DNA of 64,000 bases from an uncultured Gemmatimonadales bacterium (GTDB lineage Bacteria; Gemmatimonadota; Gemmatimonadetes; Gemmatimonadales; Gemmatimonadaceae). The notes beneath the pieces were generated by a model. The model did no database searches. It had not been told where the DNA came from and saw only the letters and a program-made list of their open reading frames with translations. How positions within the stretch are numbered: the stretch's first letter is position 1; every line of letters starts with the position of its first letter. Shown here piece after piece: positions 40,001-50,730 of this stretch. Made by a program: the position numbers and the translations under genes. The DNA lies in the NCBI GenBank assembly GCA_963850905.1, contig CAWKMU010000003.1:1280001-1344000 (forward strand). The letters run 5' to 3'.

Positions 40001-41029
40001 TTGACCCAGCGTGCCGTGTTGCTGCGCCAGTCGACTCCTCGTCCCGCCCCCGTCTCCTTCGGGTTCGCCGAGCTCCAGGGCGGCGGCACACGCGTGCGCG
40101 TCGTGCCCGCGCTCGGCGGCAAGATCGCCTCACTCGAGCTGCTAGGGCGCGAGTGGCTGTGGACCAGCGATGTCATTGCCCCGCAGCCGCCGGTCGAGGG
40201 CGCGTCGTACCTCCTGACCGGAGATACGGGCGGGTACGATGAGTGCTTCCCGACCGTGGCGCCCTGTCAGTTGCCGAGCGGCGTCGCGGGATACGGGGGC
40301 TTGTCGCTGCCGGACCACGGCGAATTGTGGTCGCAAGGCGTGGCAATCCAGGTCGAGACCCAGGCTGAAGGGCAGCGCATCGCGTGTGAATGGGCCGGCC
40401 GCCGGATGCCATACCGATTCACACGCACCGTCCAGGTCACGCCCGCCGGTACGGTGGTGATGCGGTATGCCGTCACCAATCGCGGCGCGGGTCCGCTGCC
40501 GTTCATCTGGTCCGCCCACCCGCTGTTCCCGTTGACGCCCGAGACCCGACTCGATCTGCCCGACGGAGCGCGCGTTCGCGTCTGGAGCCAGCACGGCGAC
40601 GCGTTGCGGGGGTTGGCGTCCGAGTTTCGATGGCCGCACGCGCGACTCGAGAAGCGGCTTGCCGACCTGACGATGCCGGACACGCTCGCCCGGCACTACG
40701 CGTGCAAGCTATTCCTCGACATCCCCCAGGGAACCACTATCGTCGCGATCGAAGAGGGTGACAAACGACTCGAGGTCACGTTCGATGATCGACAGGTGCC
40801 ACATCTGGGCATCTGGATCAACAAGCGAGGCTGGACGCCCTTCCCGCGAGGGAAACCGTATCTCAATTTCGGACTCGAGCCGTGCATCGGTGCGCCCGAC
40901 TCGTTGACGGATGCGCTGGGTGAGTGGCGTGGGGGGCAGTGGCTGTCGCCGGGTGAGACCCGGTCGTGGGGGCTCACGTGGCGCGCGCGCTCTCTCGAGC
41001 CCGTGCGGCGAAAAGGAGATCACGGATAG
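40001..41029 (+). CDS. Galactose mutarotase-like / aldose 1-epimerase superfamily protein
   Basis: GGKIASL, GGYDECFPT, PDHGELW, WSAHP, GLEP. Confidence 0.8.
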   Translation: MTQRAVLLRQSTPRPAPVSFGFAELQGGGTRVRVVPALGGKIASLELLGREWLWTSDVIAPQPPVEGASYLLTGDTGGYDECFPTVAPCQLPSGVAGYGGLSLPDHGELWSQGVAIQVETQAEGQRIACEWAGRRMPYRFTRTVQVTPAGTVVMRYAVTNRGAGPLPFIWSAHPLFPLTPETRLDLPDGARVRVWSQHGDALRGLASEFRWPHARLEKRLADLTMPDTLARHYACKLFLDIPQGTTIVAIEEGDKRLEVTFDDRQVPHLGIWINKRGWTPFPRGKPYLNFGLEPCIGAPDSLTDALGEWRGGQWLSPGETRSWGLTWRARSLEPVRRKGDHG

Positions 41030-41030
41030 C

Positions 41031-41642
41031 GTGAGCCGCTGCCGGCGGGCGATGGCGTGTGCCCAACTCGGGCTCGCACTGGTGGCCGGGGGGTGCGGCG
41101 GGCGGCCTGCTCCGCAGACGACTCCGACTACGGCGAGCACAACCGCCACGGTCGTGCTTGATGAGCGATGGTACCTGCGGCTCCGGATGCTGATGGTCCC
41201 CGTGGCGGGCGTTCGACCGGAGCAAGTCCACGACAGCTTTGACGACGCGCGGAGTGGTGGCCGCGTGCATCACGCCGTCGACATCATGGCACCGCGCGGT
41301 ACGCCCGTCCTGGCTGCGGATGACGGCCGCGTGCTTCGCCTCCGCCGCAACACGCTAGGTGGGATCACCATCTATGCCGTCGACCCTACCGATCGCTACG
41401 TGTACTACTACGCGCACCTGGAGCGCTACGCGCATGCCCTCGCCGAGGGAGCGGTCGTCTCGAAGGGACAGGTCATCGGCTACGTTGGCACGACAGGCGA
41501 TGCGCCGGCGAACGTGCCGCACCTCCATTTTCAGCTCATGCGCCGCCCGAACGCCGCGCGCTGGTGGGACGGCGAGCCCGTGGATCCGACGCCGTATCTG
41601 GCACTGCCGGGGCGGGTGTTGAAAGACCTCCCCAACCCCTGA
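41031..41642 (+). CDS. M23 family metallopeptidase (probable lipoprotein)
   Basis: HHAVD, YAHL, GYVGTTG, PHLHF; possible lipobox at AGGC. Confidence 0.9.
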   Translation: MSRCRRAMACAQLGLALVAGGCGGRPAPQTTPTTASTTATVVLDERWYLRLRMLMVPVAGVRPEQVHDSFDDARSGGRVHHAVDIMAPRGTPVLAADDGRVLRLRRNTLGGITIYAVDPTDRYVYYYAHLERYAHALAEGAVVSKGQVIGYVGTTGDAPANVPHLHFQLMRRPNAARWWDGEPVDPTPYLALPGRVLKDLPNP

Positions 41643-41701
41643 TCTCTTGTGCCGCCTCCCTATATTATCTTCTCAAAACCCCGTCTTTCCCACGAGAACC
41701 C

Positions 41702-41965
41702 ATGCCGTACGTCATCACCGAAACCTGCATCAACGTCAAGGACAGAGCGTGCGTCGACGTCTGTCCGGTCGACTGCATTTACGAAGGTGAGCAACAGCTC
41801 TACATCCACCCGGATGAATGCATTGACTGTGGCGCGTGCGAACCCGAGTGCCCCGTGACGGCGATCTTTCCGGAAGAGGATGTGCCGGCAAATCAGCAGC
41901 AGTACATCCAGATCAACCGGAGCGTGTTCAAGAGCGACAAACCGCCGGGGAAGCCGCAGCGGTAG
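41702..41965 (+). CDS. Dicluster ferredoxin (FdxA type)
   Basis: YVITETC…CVDVCPVDC…[12 protein letters not shown]. Confidence 0.95.
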   Translation: MPYVITETCINVKDRACVDVCPVDCIYEGEQQLYIHPDECIDCGACEPECPVTAIFPEEDVPANQQQYIQINRSVFKSDKPPGKPQR

Positions 41966-41987
41966 GACGGGCGCTTCGCGCGCGGGA

Positions 41988-42074
41988 ACGGAGAGCGGGG
42001 ACAGGAGAAGAAAGGGGAAAGCAGAGAGGAGGCGGCCGCGCCCGGAGTCAGGTGCCGTCTCCTTTCTCCTTTCC
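41988..42074. repeat. Purine-rich heptamer palindromic element
   Basis: ggaaagcagagaggaggcggc (42016-42036) pairs imperfectly with gccgtctcctttctcctttcc (42054-42074); convergent junction. Confidence 0.6.
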
Positions 42075-43337
42075 GGGCTTCTCCTCCCTCGGACGCGACG
42101 CGTCCGTGGCCTCGGACCCCGCCGCTTGGATCTCGGCCAGGAGCCCGCTGCCCAGCTCTCCAATCTGCCAAGCCCGAAGTCCAGGCACTTCCCGCAGCTC
42201 CTCGAGTGACCGGGGCTTGCGGCGCGCGATGGCCTCCAGCCGTTCGCGCGAGCACAGCAGGCCGGGATCGAGATCGAGGCGCGCGGCCGCCTCATCGCGC
42301 ACGCGCTTGAGACGCGCGACCCGCTCGTCCAGGTCCGGGTCCCGGTCCCACCGTGCGGCGCGCGGGAAGCGGGGCAACTGAGCATCAGGCACTCGCACGC
42401 CGCGCTGCACCGCTGCGAGGACCTCGGCGCCCCGCGACTCCACGATCCCGCGCGGCATGCCGCGGATGGCGGCGAGCGATTCGCGCGTCGCGGATGCCTG
42501 GCGCGCCACCTCGAGCAGCGTCTCATTCCCGACGACGCGGAACGTGGCACGGTCCACCGCTGCGGCGACGCCGTCTCGCCAGCGCACCAGCTCGCGGAGA
42601 ATCGCGAGCTCTCGTCGGGAGAGATCACGCGCACCTTTCAGTCGGAGAAACGCGTCTGCTGGATCGTCGACTGGCCATTGTGTGCCTTCCAGCCGTTGGA
42701 ACTCCTCGCGCGCCCATTCGAGGCGCCCCCGGTCGCGGAGCTCCGCCGCCAGCCGGTCGCGCAGGTCGAGCAGATAGCGCGTGTCCTGTGCTGCGTAATC
42801 GAGCATCCCGGGTGTGAGCGGCCGCATCGACCAATCGGCGCGCTGGTGTTTCTTATCGAGACGAACCCCGAAGTAGCGCTCGAGCAGCGCCGCCAACCCG
42901 AAGGCCCGGAGCCCCAACAGCTGAGCGGCAATCCGCGTATCGAAAATATTGGTTACACGCCACGCATAGTCCTGATGGAGCAAGCGGAGATCATAGTCCG
43001 CATCATGGAACACGACTTCCACCGCCCGATTCTCGAGCAGACCGCCGAGGCCTCCCAGGGGACCCGCGGCGAGTGGATCGATGATCGCGCTCCCCGCCGC
43101 AGTGGTTATCTGCAGCAGGTATATACGGTCGACGAAACGGTGAAAGCTTGCTCCTTCGGTGTCGAGTGCCAACCGAGGAACCTCGACGATCTGCTCCAGG
43201 AATTGCCGAGCAGCGCCGGGCGTATCAATGTACGCTAGAGGCAGATCGTCTCCGCTCACCTGGCGGCCATCCGGCGCACGTGCGCCGGAATCCGCGAGGC
43301 GGGCGGCGGAAGGTGAGCGTGGAGATGGCGGAGTCAC
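42048..43337 (-). CDS. rnd: Ribonuclease D (DEDD exonuclease plus HRDC)
   Basis: ALDTE, HDADYD, FDTRIAA, ADWSMRPL, YAAQD; HRDC region. Confidence 0.92.
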   Translation of the reverse strand: MTPPSPRSPSAARLADSGARAPDGRQVSGDDLPLAYIDTPGAARQFLEQIVEVPRLALDTEGASFHRFVDRIYLLQITTAAGSAIIDPLAAGPLGGLGGLLENRAVEVVFHDADYDLRLLHQDYAWRVTNIFDTRIAAQLLGLRAFGLAALLERYFGVRLDKKHQRADWSMRPLTPGMLDYAAQDTRYLLDLRDRLAAELRDRGRLEWAREEFQRLEGTQWPVDDPADAFLRLKGARDLSRRELAILRELVRWRDGVAAAVDRATFRVVGNETLLEVARQASATRESLAAIRGMPRGIVESRGAEVLAAVQRGVRVPDAQLPRFPRAARWDRDPDLDERVARLKRVRDEAAARLDLDPGLLCSRERLEAIARRKPRSLEELREVPGLRAWQIGELGSGLLAEIQAAGSEATDASRPREEKPGKEKGDGT

Positions 43338-43375
43338 CGGGTGTGCAATCTAAGGGGAAGGCAGGCGACCAAGCG

Positions 43376-44506
43376 TTGACTGGCGTGCCTCGCGTCGCGG
43401 AGCCGAGTGCTCCGGGCCTCCCAGGGCCGGCGGCTCAGCTGCCGCTCTATGATCACTTCCCGGCGCTCGCGGCGCTTCCGCGGGTGGCGCTCGGCAGCTA
43501 CCCGTCGCCAATCGAGCGCGTTGAGCTGGCCGGCATTGGAGCGTTGTGGCTCAAGCGAGACGACCAGAACGCGCCGGTCGCGGCCGGCAACAAGGTGCGT
43601 GCGCTGGAATTCCTCCTGGGGCGAGTGCGACCGGGCGATACGGTCCTTACAGCCGGAGGCGATGGCTCGACACACGTCTACGCCACTGCGGTGCACGCCG
43701 CCCGCCTCGGGGCGCGAACCGTGGCCATACGGTGGCGGCACGACATGCACCCCGAAGCCCGGGATGTGGCTGCCGCCGCGGCGGCGCACTGCGCAGCGAT
43801 CCAATCGGATCGCTGGCCGGCCCTAGCTATCCTGCGCATCGGGCTGTGGCGAGCCGGGATGAGGGCCGGGCTCGGGGCGCCGGACCAGGGGGTGAGCGGA
43901 CGCCGACTGTACGTTCCGATCGGTGGCAGCTCGCCGCTGGGGGTGCTTGGTCACGTCAGCGCCGGCCTCGAGCTTGCCGAGCAAATTGCCGCGGGCCAGG
44001 CGCCGGAGCCCACCCATGTAGTCGTCCCGCTCGGTAGCGGCGGAACCGCCGCGGGGCTGGCCATCGGCTTCGGGATCGCGGGGATGCGCACCGTCGTGGT
44101 CGCGGCGCGAGTCGCGCCGCGCACCGTCGCCAACATCACCCGAATCCGTGCCTTGATCCGCCGGACGCTGGGGTTCCTGCGTGCCTACGCGGAGGTCCCG
44201 TCGCGTCGATTTGACGTCGCCCCCGTCGTCGTGGACCACACCGCTTTCGGGGGGGCATACGGCCGCCCTCTAGCGGCGGGGGCACGCGCGGCGACACTCT
44301 TTCGCGCGCTCTACGACTCCAATGATTCACACGCGACTCCACCCGTGCTCGATGCGACCTACTCCGCCAAAGCGGCCGCCGTCGCCGTGGCGATGGCTGA
44401 ACGCGGCCCAGGGGCGACGTGCATCATGCTCTGGACGACCTTCGACGGGCGGGTCGTTGGATCGCACACCCTGACGTCGGGCGCATGCAATCGCGAGCCA
44501 CTGTGA
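43376..44506 (+). CDS. PLP-dependent D-cysteine desulfhydrase/ACC deaminase family
   Basis: LKRDD…GNKVRALE, GSGGT, LDATYSAK; start uncertain. Confidence 0.85.
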   Translation: MTGVPRVAEPSAPGLPGPAAQLPLYDHFPALAALPRVALGSYPSPIERVELAGIGALWLKRDDQNAPVAAGNKVRALEFLLGRVRPGDTVLTAGGDGSTHVYATAVHAARLGARTVAIRWRHDMHPEARDVAAAAAAHCAAIQSDRWPALAILRIGLWRAGMRAGLGAPDQGVSGRRLYVPIGGSSPLGVLGHVSAGLELAEQIAAGQAPEPTHVVVPLGSGGTAAGLAIGFGIAGMRTVVVAARVAPRTVANITRIRALIRRTLGFLRAYAEVPSRRFDVAPVVVDHTAFGGAYGRPLAAGARAATLFRALYDSNDSHATPPVLDATYSAKAAAVAVAMAERGPGATCIMLWTTFDGRVVGSHTLTSGACNREPL

Positions 44507-45297
44507 TCACCCTACCCACGTCGATCGGCATGGCTTACGACGACGTTGGCACGGGGCCGGCGGTCGTCTTTCTCCACGGCTTTCCGCACGACCGCTCGTT
44601 GTGGGCCGCACAGGTCAGCGCGTTTGCCGACCGCGCGCGGTGTGTCGCGCCCGATCTCCGCGGATTTGGCGGCTCGACCGCCGCATCACCGTGCTCGATG
44701 GAGCAGTACGCCGACGACGTTGCCGCTCTCCTCGATGCACTGTCTATCCCCGATGCGGTCCTCGTCGGGCTGTCGATGGGCGGCTATGTCGCCTTCTCGT
44801 TCTGGCGTCGGCATCGCTCGCGGGTACGGGCGCTCGTCCTGGCTCATACGCGCGCGACGGCCGACAGCGAGGAGATGCGCGCGCGGCGGCGGCGACTGGT
44901 GGCGGTGGCTCGGAGTGAGGGCAGTCGAGCGGTGGCCGATCTCCAAATCGCCGCCATGCTAGGGGCGACAACGCGCTCACGTAACCCGGCACTAGTCACG
45001 GCCACCCACCGGATGCTAGCGTTGGCACCCGTAGCGGGCATCGTTGGTGCATTGGAGGCGATGATGAACCGGTCGGATTCCTTGGACTTGCTGTCGACCA
45101 TCGATGTGCCGACTCTCATCATTGCCGGAGATGAGGATACGGTTATTCCCGCGTCGGAGGCGCGGGTGATGCACGAGGCAATTGCGGGAAGTCAGTTCGA
45201 GGTGCTTACTGGTGCGGGCCACCTCAGTAACATCGAGCGCCCAGCCGCATTCAACCACGTAACAGGTGAATTCCTGTTTCAGGCAGTCAACGCATGA
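44503..45297 (+). CDS. Alpha/beta hydrolase (PcaD-like)
   Basis: HGFP, DLRGFG, GLSMGG, GDED, AGHLSN. Confidence 0.92.
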   Translation: MITLPTSIGMAYDDVGTGPAVVFLHGFPHDRSLWAAQVSAFADRARCVAPDLRGFGGSTAASPCSMEQYADDVAALLDALSIPDAVLVGLSMGGYVAFSFWRRHRSRVRALVLAHTRATADSEEMRARRRRLVAVARSEGSRAVADLQIAAMLGATTRSRNPALVTATHRMLALAPVAGIVGALEAMMNRSDSLDLLSTIDVPTLIIAGDEDTVIPASEARVMHEAIAGSQFEVLTGAGHLSNIERPAAFNHVTGEFLFQAVNA

Positions 45298-45570
45298 CCA
45301 TCGAGTACACTCGCCGCAGCGGGCATGACTGTGATTCGTGATCTCGGAGTAGATGGTGCCGGCGGCGTCGGCCGGAATCTGATGCGTGCCGGCGCTCGGG
45401 ACCGATACCATCTCGCTCGTATCGGGATGGAGGAGCAGACGGCGCTCGCCGAGGGCGAGGCCGCATTGGACGGGCGCCGACTGCATGTTGCTGTGCCAGG
45501 AGGCGCTCGTCTGGTGCGCGCCGCTGCGCGGTCGGCGGGTGCGATCTCCCGCGCAGGCCTGCCGGTCCCG

Positions 45571-46191
45571 ATGGCTCCGACGGCGCAGGGGCTCAGTCAG
45601 TCCGAGTGTGCGCGCCCGGCGGTCATCGGAGGCTGGCTGTTCCGGCATCGCGGTCTGCTGCCCATCCCCCTTGGGGTGCTCGCGGCGTGCGTGCCGGGGA
45701 ACATGACCGTTCGCGCGTGGATTTTGGGACTGACCGTCATCGCGTTTGGCGAAGTGGTGCGTCTCGCGGGCGTCGCGGTCGCCGGGCCCGAGACGCGTCG
45801 ACGATCGCGAACGGTCGGTCACCTCGTGACTGAGGGGCCGTTCGCGTGGGTGCGGAATCCTCTCTATGTGGGCAACGCGCTCACGTGGGCCGGCGTCGCC
45901 ATTGCTTCGGGCGTTCCATGGCTGCTGCCCCTCGCCACGACGACGTTCGCGATCGAGTACGGTCTCATTGTGCGTTACGAGGAAGCGGTGCTCGAATCGT
46001 TGTTTGGCGAAGCGTACCTGTCGTACAAAGGCCGTACAGCACGATGGATTCCGCGGCGGCCTGTGCCAGGTCCACGCCGGGTCGGTCGCGGGTATGACTG
46101 GGCCCGGGCGTGGCGCTCTGAGTCCAGCACGTTCGTGAGTCTCGGCGGGGCGATTGCGGTCCTAGTGGTGAAAGCGCTGTTGACGGGCTAG
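45571..46191 (+). CDS. Isoprenylcysteine carboxyl methyltransferase/PEMT family membrane protein
   Basis: LVTEGPFAWVRNPLYVG, EEAVL, FGEAY, RWIP; start uncertain (ORF extends to 45325). Confidence 0.85.
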   Translation: MAPTAQGLSQSECARPAVIGGWLFRHRGLLPIPLGVLAACVPGNMTVRAWILGLTVIAFGEVVRLAGVAVAGPETRRRSRTVGHLVTEGPFAWVRNPLYVGNALTWAGVAIASGVPWLLPLATTTFAIEYGLIVRYEEAVLESLFGEAYLSYKGRTARWIPRRPVPGPRRVGRGYDWARAWRSESSTFVSLGGAIAVLVVKALLTG

Positions 46192-46279
46192 ACGCTAGAT
46201 GCTAGACGCGGGAGACAAACTCGAGGGCCAGCTCGCAACCCATCGCTGGCCCTCAGGTTTTCCAGCGTCCAGCGTCTAG
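46188..46279. repeat. Heptamer-armed palindromic element bounded by both stop codons
   Basis: TAG-acgcta gatgcta … gagggccagc/gctggccctc … cagcgtc cagcgt-CTA. Confidence 0.85.
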
Positions 46280-46674
46280 ATCCCCATGTACGCTCGGACG
46301 CGCGGCTCGATACGGTCGGGAGACCAGAACGGCGTCCACACGAGATTGATCGTGGCCTCGGTGACGCCGGGCATCTCCCGGATTTGGCGTTCGACGTCGC
46401 TCATGATCTCGGGGCCTGACGGACACCCGGGCGACGTCAGGCTCATATCCACGGTCACCGTTGAGCCCGTGACGGCGACGTCGTAGATCAACCCCAGGTC
46501 GACGACGTTCAGGTTGAGCTCTGGGTCCTTCACTCGCCGCAGCACCATGCGGACCTGGTCCTGCGTGACGACGTCCTCCAATGCCGGCGCGTCTGTGGAC
46601 GCGGCACCCTCAGCTGGCTGGTTCGCGACGGCCGGCGGCGACTGCGGTTGCGACGTATCGGTCATGACGTTCAC
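46276..46674 (-). CDS. DUF59/SufT-like Fe-S cluster assembly factor
   Basis: VKDPEL, VVDLGLIY, LTSPGCP, LVWTPFW. Confidence 0.92.
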   Translation of the reverse strand: MNVMTDTSQPQSPPAVANQPAEGAASTDAPALEDVVTQDQVRMVLRRVKDPELNLNVVDLGLIYDVAVTGSTVTVDMSLTSPGCPSGPEIMSDVERQIREMPGVTEATINLVWTPFWSPDRIEPRVRAYMGI

Positions 46675-46728
46675 TCCGCTCGATGCAGATCGCGAAACAT
46701 AATCGCGACCCGGGCGCGACAGCGCCCG

Positions 46729-47640
46729 TTACCACTGTAGGATCACGTGGCGCAAATGGTGTTGGCGCTCGACCTCGAGCGTGATGCTGTTTCGGTCGTG
46801 CATGGTGCGTTCGACGATGTGAACGAGCTGCTGCGGCGTCGTCACGGCGTCGCCGCCGGCGTTCACGATCACGTCTCCTGCGCGCAGCGACGATTCCGCC
46901 GCCGGCGTATCCGGATCGACCACCACGACGAGGAGGCCACTTCGTACCCCGAGGGCCTGCCGGAGGTCGGAGGTCACTTCCACGACCTGAGCGCCGCCAA
47001 AGGACCCTACCCGAGCATCACCGGGCACGCTCGGTCCGATCAGCGCCCACCAGGGGACGGCGCGGGGTCGCGACCCCACGGTGAGCCGCGGAGCATTGCT
47101 CAACGCCGGTGTTGATGGTGCGCCCGGGGCCTCCATCGACGACGCCAGCGGCGGAGCCGGCAGCATTGAGGACTGCGGCGATACGACCGACACGTCGACA
47201 AAGTCTCGCGGGCGCCGCGCGATGTCGACCGTCACATCGCGTAGCTGGCCGTTTCGGCGCATGGTGATGGCCAGCCGGGTGTTGGGCAGCAGGAGCTTGT
47301 TGAGCACGATGACGTGGTTCCGGACGTCGCGGCCGCCGTACGCCACGATCGTATCGCCAGCCTGGATCCCGGCTTTCGCGGCCGGCGATTCCGGCTCGAC
47401 GGACGCGACGGCGGGGTACTCGTAGTGGGTGACGGCCAGGCCGTCGGCGTTCCAGCGGCTCTTGAGCCGACAGGTGAAGGTGATGCCGAGGTAGCCGGAG
47501 GGGAGCTCGTGTCGCCCACTCGTCACGTCGGGGGCGGTGTCGGCGGGGGTCGCCCGGTCCTCCTGCGCGCGGATCGCCGACGGCCCCCAGCTAGCGAGGC
47601 TGGCGACCGCGATCCATGTGAGCGTCCCTTCTCTCAGCAC
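46729..47640 (-). CDS. Exported tandem PDZ-domain protein
   Basis: GYLGI, SPAAKAGIQAGD, TPAAESSLRAGD; signal-like start at GTG 47640. Confidence 0.8.
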   Translation of the reverse strand: MLREGTLTWIAVASLASWGPSAIRAQEDRATPADTAPDVTSGRHELPSGYLGITFTCRLKSRWNADGLAVTHYEYPAVASVEPESPAAKAGIQAGDTIVAYGGRDVRNHVIVLNKLLLPNTRLAITMRRNGQLRDVTVDIARRPRDFVDVSVVSPQSSMLPAPPLASSMEAPGAPSTPALSNAPRLTVGSRPRAVPWWALIGPSVPGDARVGSFGGAQVVEVTSDLRQALGVRSGLLVVVVDPDTPAAESSLRAGDVIVNAGGDAVTTPQQLVHIVERTMHDRNSITLEVERQHHLRHVILQW

Positions 47641-47648
47641 GACAAGAC

Positions 47649-48452
47649 TCAGTAACGGTGAGGGTTCTGCTCGGCCGGTTGTACCTGTCCGAGTTGTCGG
47701 ATTGTGGCTTGGCGTGCCCCGATCGTCGAGATGTACCACTGATTGAGCACGGGATCATTGGGGGCGGCGGCTAGGGCGGCCTGCGTGGCGCGCTCAATCT
47801 GGTCGAGGGCGGCGAGTCGAGTCCGGAAGCCATCGGGCCCTTCGCTCAACGCGCCGCTGTCGCTTTGCATGAGGTACGCGACCGCATGCCGGTACCGGGT
47901 CTCCGCCTGGGCCAAGGCGTCGAGGGCCTCACCGCGTGAGTTGAACGCTACGCTGTCGCTAATTAGACGCTGTCGTGGCGTTATGGTGGCTTCATTTTGT
48001 GCCAGAGTGGCAACTCCGTGAGCGGTGTGGATGGCGATGTCAGCAGGCAACTGGGGCTCGCGCGCTGCTGTGAGCCGGCCGATCATCAAGCCAGCGGCCA
48101 GCAGTACCGTTGCGGCGGCGGCCTGCCCCCAGGGACCCAGGTGAGGCCAGCGGCCACGCGTCGCGTGGACCGGGCGAGACGCGGGCGCAGCCGGCCCGTC
48201 CAACAGGTGCTCGCGCGCCAGGGCTTTGGAGAGCGCGGCCCAGTCGAGCAGTGGCTCGTCCAAGCGGTCGCGCTCGCCCCGAGTGAGGGTGAGAAGCGCT
48301 TGATAGGCGTCCACCTCCTCTGCGCAGAGTGCACAGGAGGCGAGATGGCGCGCTTCGGCGGGCGATGGCGATTCATCCGCGAGCGCGGCAAGGCGTTCGG
48401 GGGGTACGTGGTCGCCATCTGGCATCGCCGGACCGACAAGCGTCCTATCCAT
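47649..48452 (-). CDS. Putative zinc-binding anti-sigma factor
   Basis: H…HLASCALC (HxxxCxxC ZAS motif), one TM, directly downstream of an ECF sigma. Confidence 0.8.
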   Translation of the reverse strand: MDRTLVGPAMPDGDHVPPERLAALADESPSPAEARHLASCALCAEEVDAYQALLTLTRGERDRLDEPLLDWAALSKALAREHLLDGPAAPASRPVHATRGRWPHLGPWGQAAAATVLLAAGLMIGRLTAAREPQLPADIAIHTAHGVATLAQNEATITPRQRLISDSVAFNSRGEALDALAQAETRYRHAVAYLMQSDSGALSEGPDGFRTRLAALDQIERATQAALAAAPNDPVLNQWYISTIGARQATIRQLGQVQPAEQNPHRY

Positions 48453-48471
48453 GTGTGCACTCCATTGCTGC

Positions 48472-49161
48472 TTATTGGCTCGCGCCTTTCCAGGACCGAA
48501 GCGCGCCCGTTGGTTGAGTGGGGCGAGCGCCCACCTCGAGCTTGCGGGACTCTGAGCGCGGGCGGCCCGACACGTGGTCCGTCAGCGCGTGCCCGCCATC
48601 GCTGCCGTCGACGGGATCGGCGCCGTCGCGCGGACCGGCAAGATGGGCCAGCATCCGCCGCATCCTTACACGTGCCTTGAAGAGCTGGGACTTCGATCCG
48701 CCCGCGGTAATGCCCAGCGCTGCGGCGATCTCCTCATGTGTATAGCCCTCGATGTCGTGCAGCACGAACACTGCGCGCGCACCCGGCGCGAGACGAGCCG
48801 CCGCCTCTCTGATCGAGGCCCGCACGAAGGGTTGCTCATCGTCCGGCGATGTCGTCGCGCTGTTTTCTTCGATCGGAATTTCCATGAGCTGCACCCGTCT
48901 TGACCGGCGAAGCGCGTTCAGCGTGCGATTGACCGCGATCCGGTGGATCCACGTGCCAAACTGGGCGTCACCGCGGAATCCGGGCAGGGCGCGGAAAATC
49001 TGTATCCAGACCTCCTGTGCGACGTCGGCGGCGTCGTCCGGATCGCCAACGAGGCGTCGGATGACTGCGTCCACGCGCGGCGCGTACTGCGACCAGAGTG
49101 CTCGCAGTGCCCGCTCGTCCCCTTCAATTGCGCGCCGAACTAGCAATGCGTCTGTCGCCAT
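48472..49161 (-). CDS. ECF sigma-70 factor
   Basis: DVAQEVW…FGTWIHRIAVN; EGYTHEEIAAALGITAGGSKSQLFKAR. Confidence 0.92.
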   Translation of the reverse strand: MATDALLVRRAIEGDERALRALWSQYAPRVDAVIRRLVGDPDDAADVAQEVWIQIFRALPGFRGDAQFGTWIHRIAVNRTLNALRRSRRVQLMEIPIEENSATTSPDDEQPFVRASIREAAARLAPGARAVFVLHDIEGYTHEEIAAALGITAGGSKSQLFKARVRMRRMLAHLAGPRDGADPVDGSDGGHALTDHVSGRPRSESRKLEVGARPTQPTGALRSWKGASQ

Positions 49162-49223
49162 GCCGACAGCTTTTGTGACACTAAAGGGGACGGACAGGGT
49201 TGCCGGATAGGCCCTTTTTCGTC

Positions 49224-49253
49224 TTGACTTAAGGTAGTTGAAATGTGTATACA
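49224..49253 (+). promoter_or_regulatory. Candidate sigma-70 promoter
   Basis: TTGACT-N18-TATACA in an AT-rich patch upstream of the serine hydrolase. Confidence 0.4.
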
Positions 49254-49418
49254 TGGCCGGAGCGGCTAAATCGGCACGCGACCGGCACTTCGGTCGTTGA
49301 CCGGCCTTAGCACGCGTCCTGCAGAGTTTGGTGCGGTAGGGGCCTCTAGGCTGCTGCCGCGTGCTCGTTGTGCCTCGGTGTGGCTGTGGGCGTCCCATAG
49401 ACCTGGTAGGTACGAACG

Positions 49419-50730
49419 GTGCTTGCACTTCTCGCCGCCCTCGTCGCTGGTGTTGCGGGTTCTTCCGGCCTGCCGGTCAAGTCGCCGGCATCGGTCGGAA
49501 TGTCCGCGCATCGCCTGGACGCCATTTATCGGGTCGTCCAGCGGGGGATCGCTGCTGGCGGTTATCCGGGCGCGGCGGTCGTTGTCGGACGAAAGGGCGC
49601 GGTCGTGTGGGAGCATGGCTTTGGTCGCCTGAGTTGGAGCGCGTCGAGCCAACACGTCTCTCCCGACGCTACGATTTACGACCTCGCATCGCTGACGAAA
49701 GTCGTCGGCACGACCACGGCGATCATGGTGCTCTACGACCAGGGTCGGATCATGCTGGACGCGCCAGTGGTCTCCTACCTGCCGGCGTTCACCGGAGGCT
49801 ACAAGGACTCCGTGACGGTCCGCCAGCTGCTGGAGCACCGATCAGGGCTGCCGCCGGGGCGCGATCTCTGGCGGTTGGCCACCACGCCGGACGAGGCACG
49901 GCGGTACGTCCTCGACACGCCGCTCGAGTGCAAGCCCGGTGACTGCTACATCTATTCCGACCTGGGTGCTGACGTCCTCGGCATGATCGTCGAGGCGGTG
50001 TCGGGCGAGCGGCTCGATGTGTTCCTCGATGAGCACGTGTTCGGACCGCTGGGGATGACGGACACGTACTTCCGACCCGCGGACTCGCTCAAGACTCGTG
50101 TGGCGCCGACCGAGCTGACGCCGCCGCGCGGATATCCGTTGCAGGGTGAGGTGCAGGACGAGAACGCGTACGCGCTGGGCGGCATTGCGGGGCATGCGGG
50201 ATTGTTCAGCACGGCGGCCGATCTCGCTGTGTTCGCTCAGATGATGCTCAATGGCGGGGAGTACAACGGCACGCGCATCGTGAGCGACTCGACGATCGCG
50301 ACCTTCACGCGCCGAGCTGCCGGCACGCGCGCGCTGGGCTGGGATACGTGTGATGGCGGCGGGGACGGCAGCTGCGGACGTTTCCTCAGCGAGCGGGCGT
50401 ACGGCCATACCGGATTCACCGGGACGTCGCTCTGGATCGACCCGGATCGACAGAATGTTCGTCGTCCTCTTGACCAACCGCGTCTACGCCGCGCGCGCTC
50501 GACGGCCCGCCAAGGTAATCGCCGACGTGCGCGCGGATCTGGCTGATGCGTCCGCCGTGGCGGTGACCGACGAACCAGCGTACGCGCTGGCCATGCCGGC
50601 CCGCTTCCGCGCCGACCGTGAGCTGGGATGGAATCGGCCCATTCGCGTGCACCACTCGCGGCGAAGCCGCGCGGCACATAGGGCGCGGAAGAAGCACGTG
50701 GTAGCGAAACCGAAAACGGCGGATAGCTAA
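49419..50730 (+). CDS. Serine hydrolase (beta-lactamase/AmpC-like family), +1 frameshift at about 50454
   Basis: ASLTK, YSD, GHTGFTG; WIDPDRQ continues as MFVVLLTNRV in the next frame. Confidence 0.88.

Noticed and set aside
45294..45570. Short ORF at 45294 and the long N-terminal extension of the ICMT-like ORF
   Set aside because: The short ORF stops after 15 codons and the extension has no recognisable motifs; left unannotated
49419..50730. Calling the serine hydrolase an antibiotic-resistance beta-lactamase
   Set aside because: Motifs fit the broad esterase/peptidase family; nothing shows beta-lactam specificity
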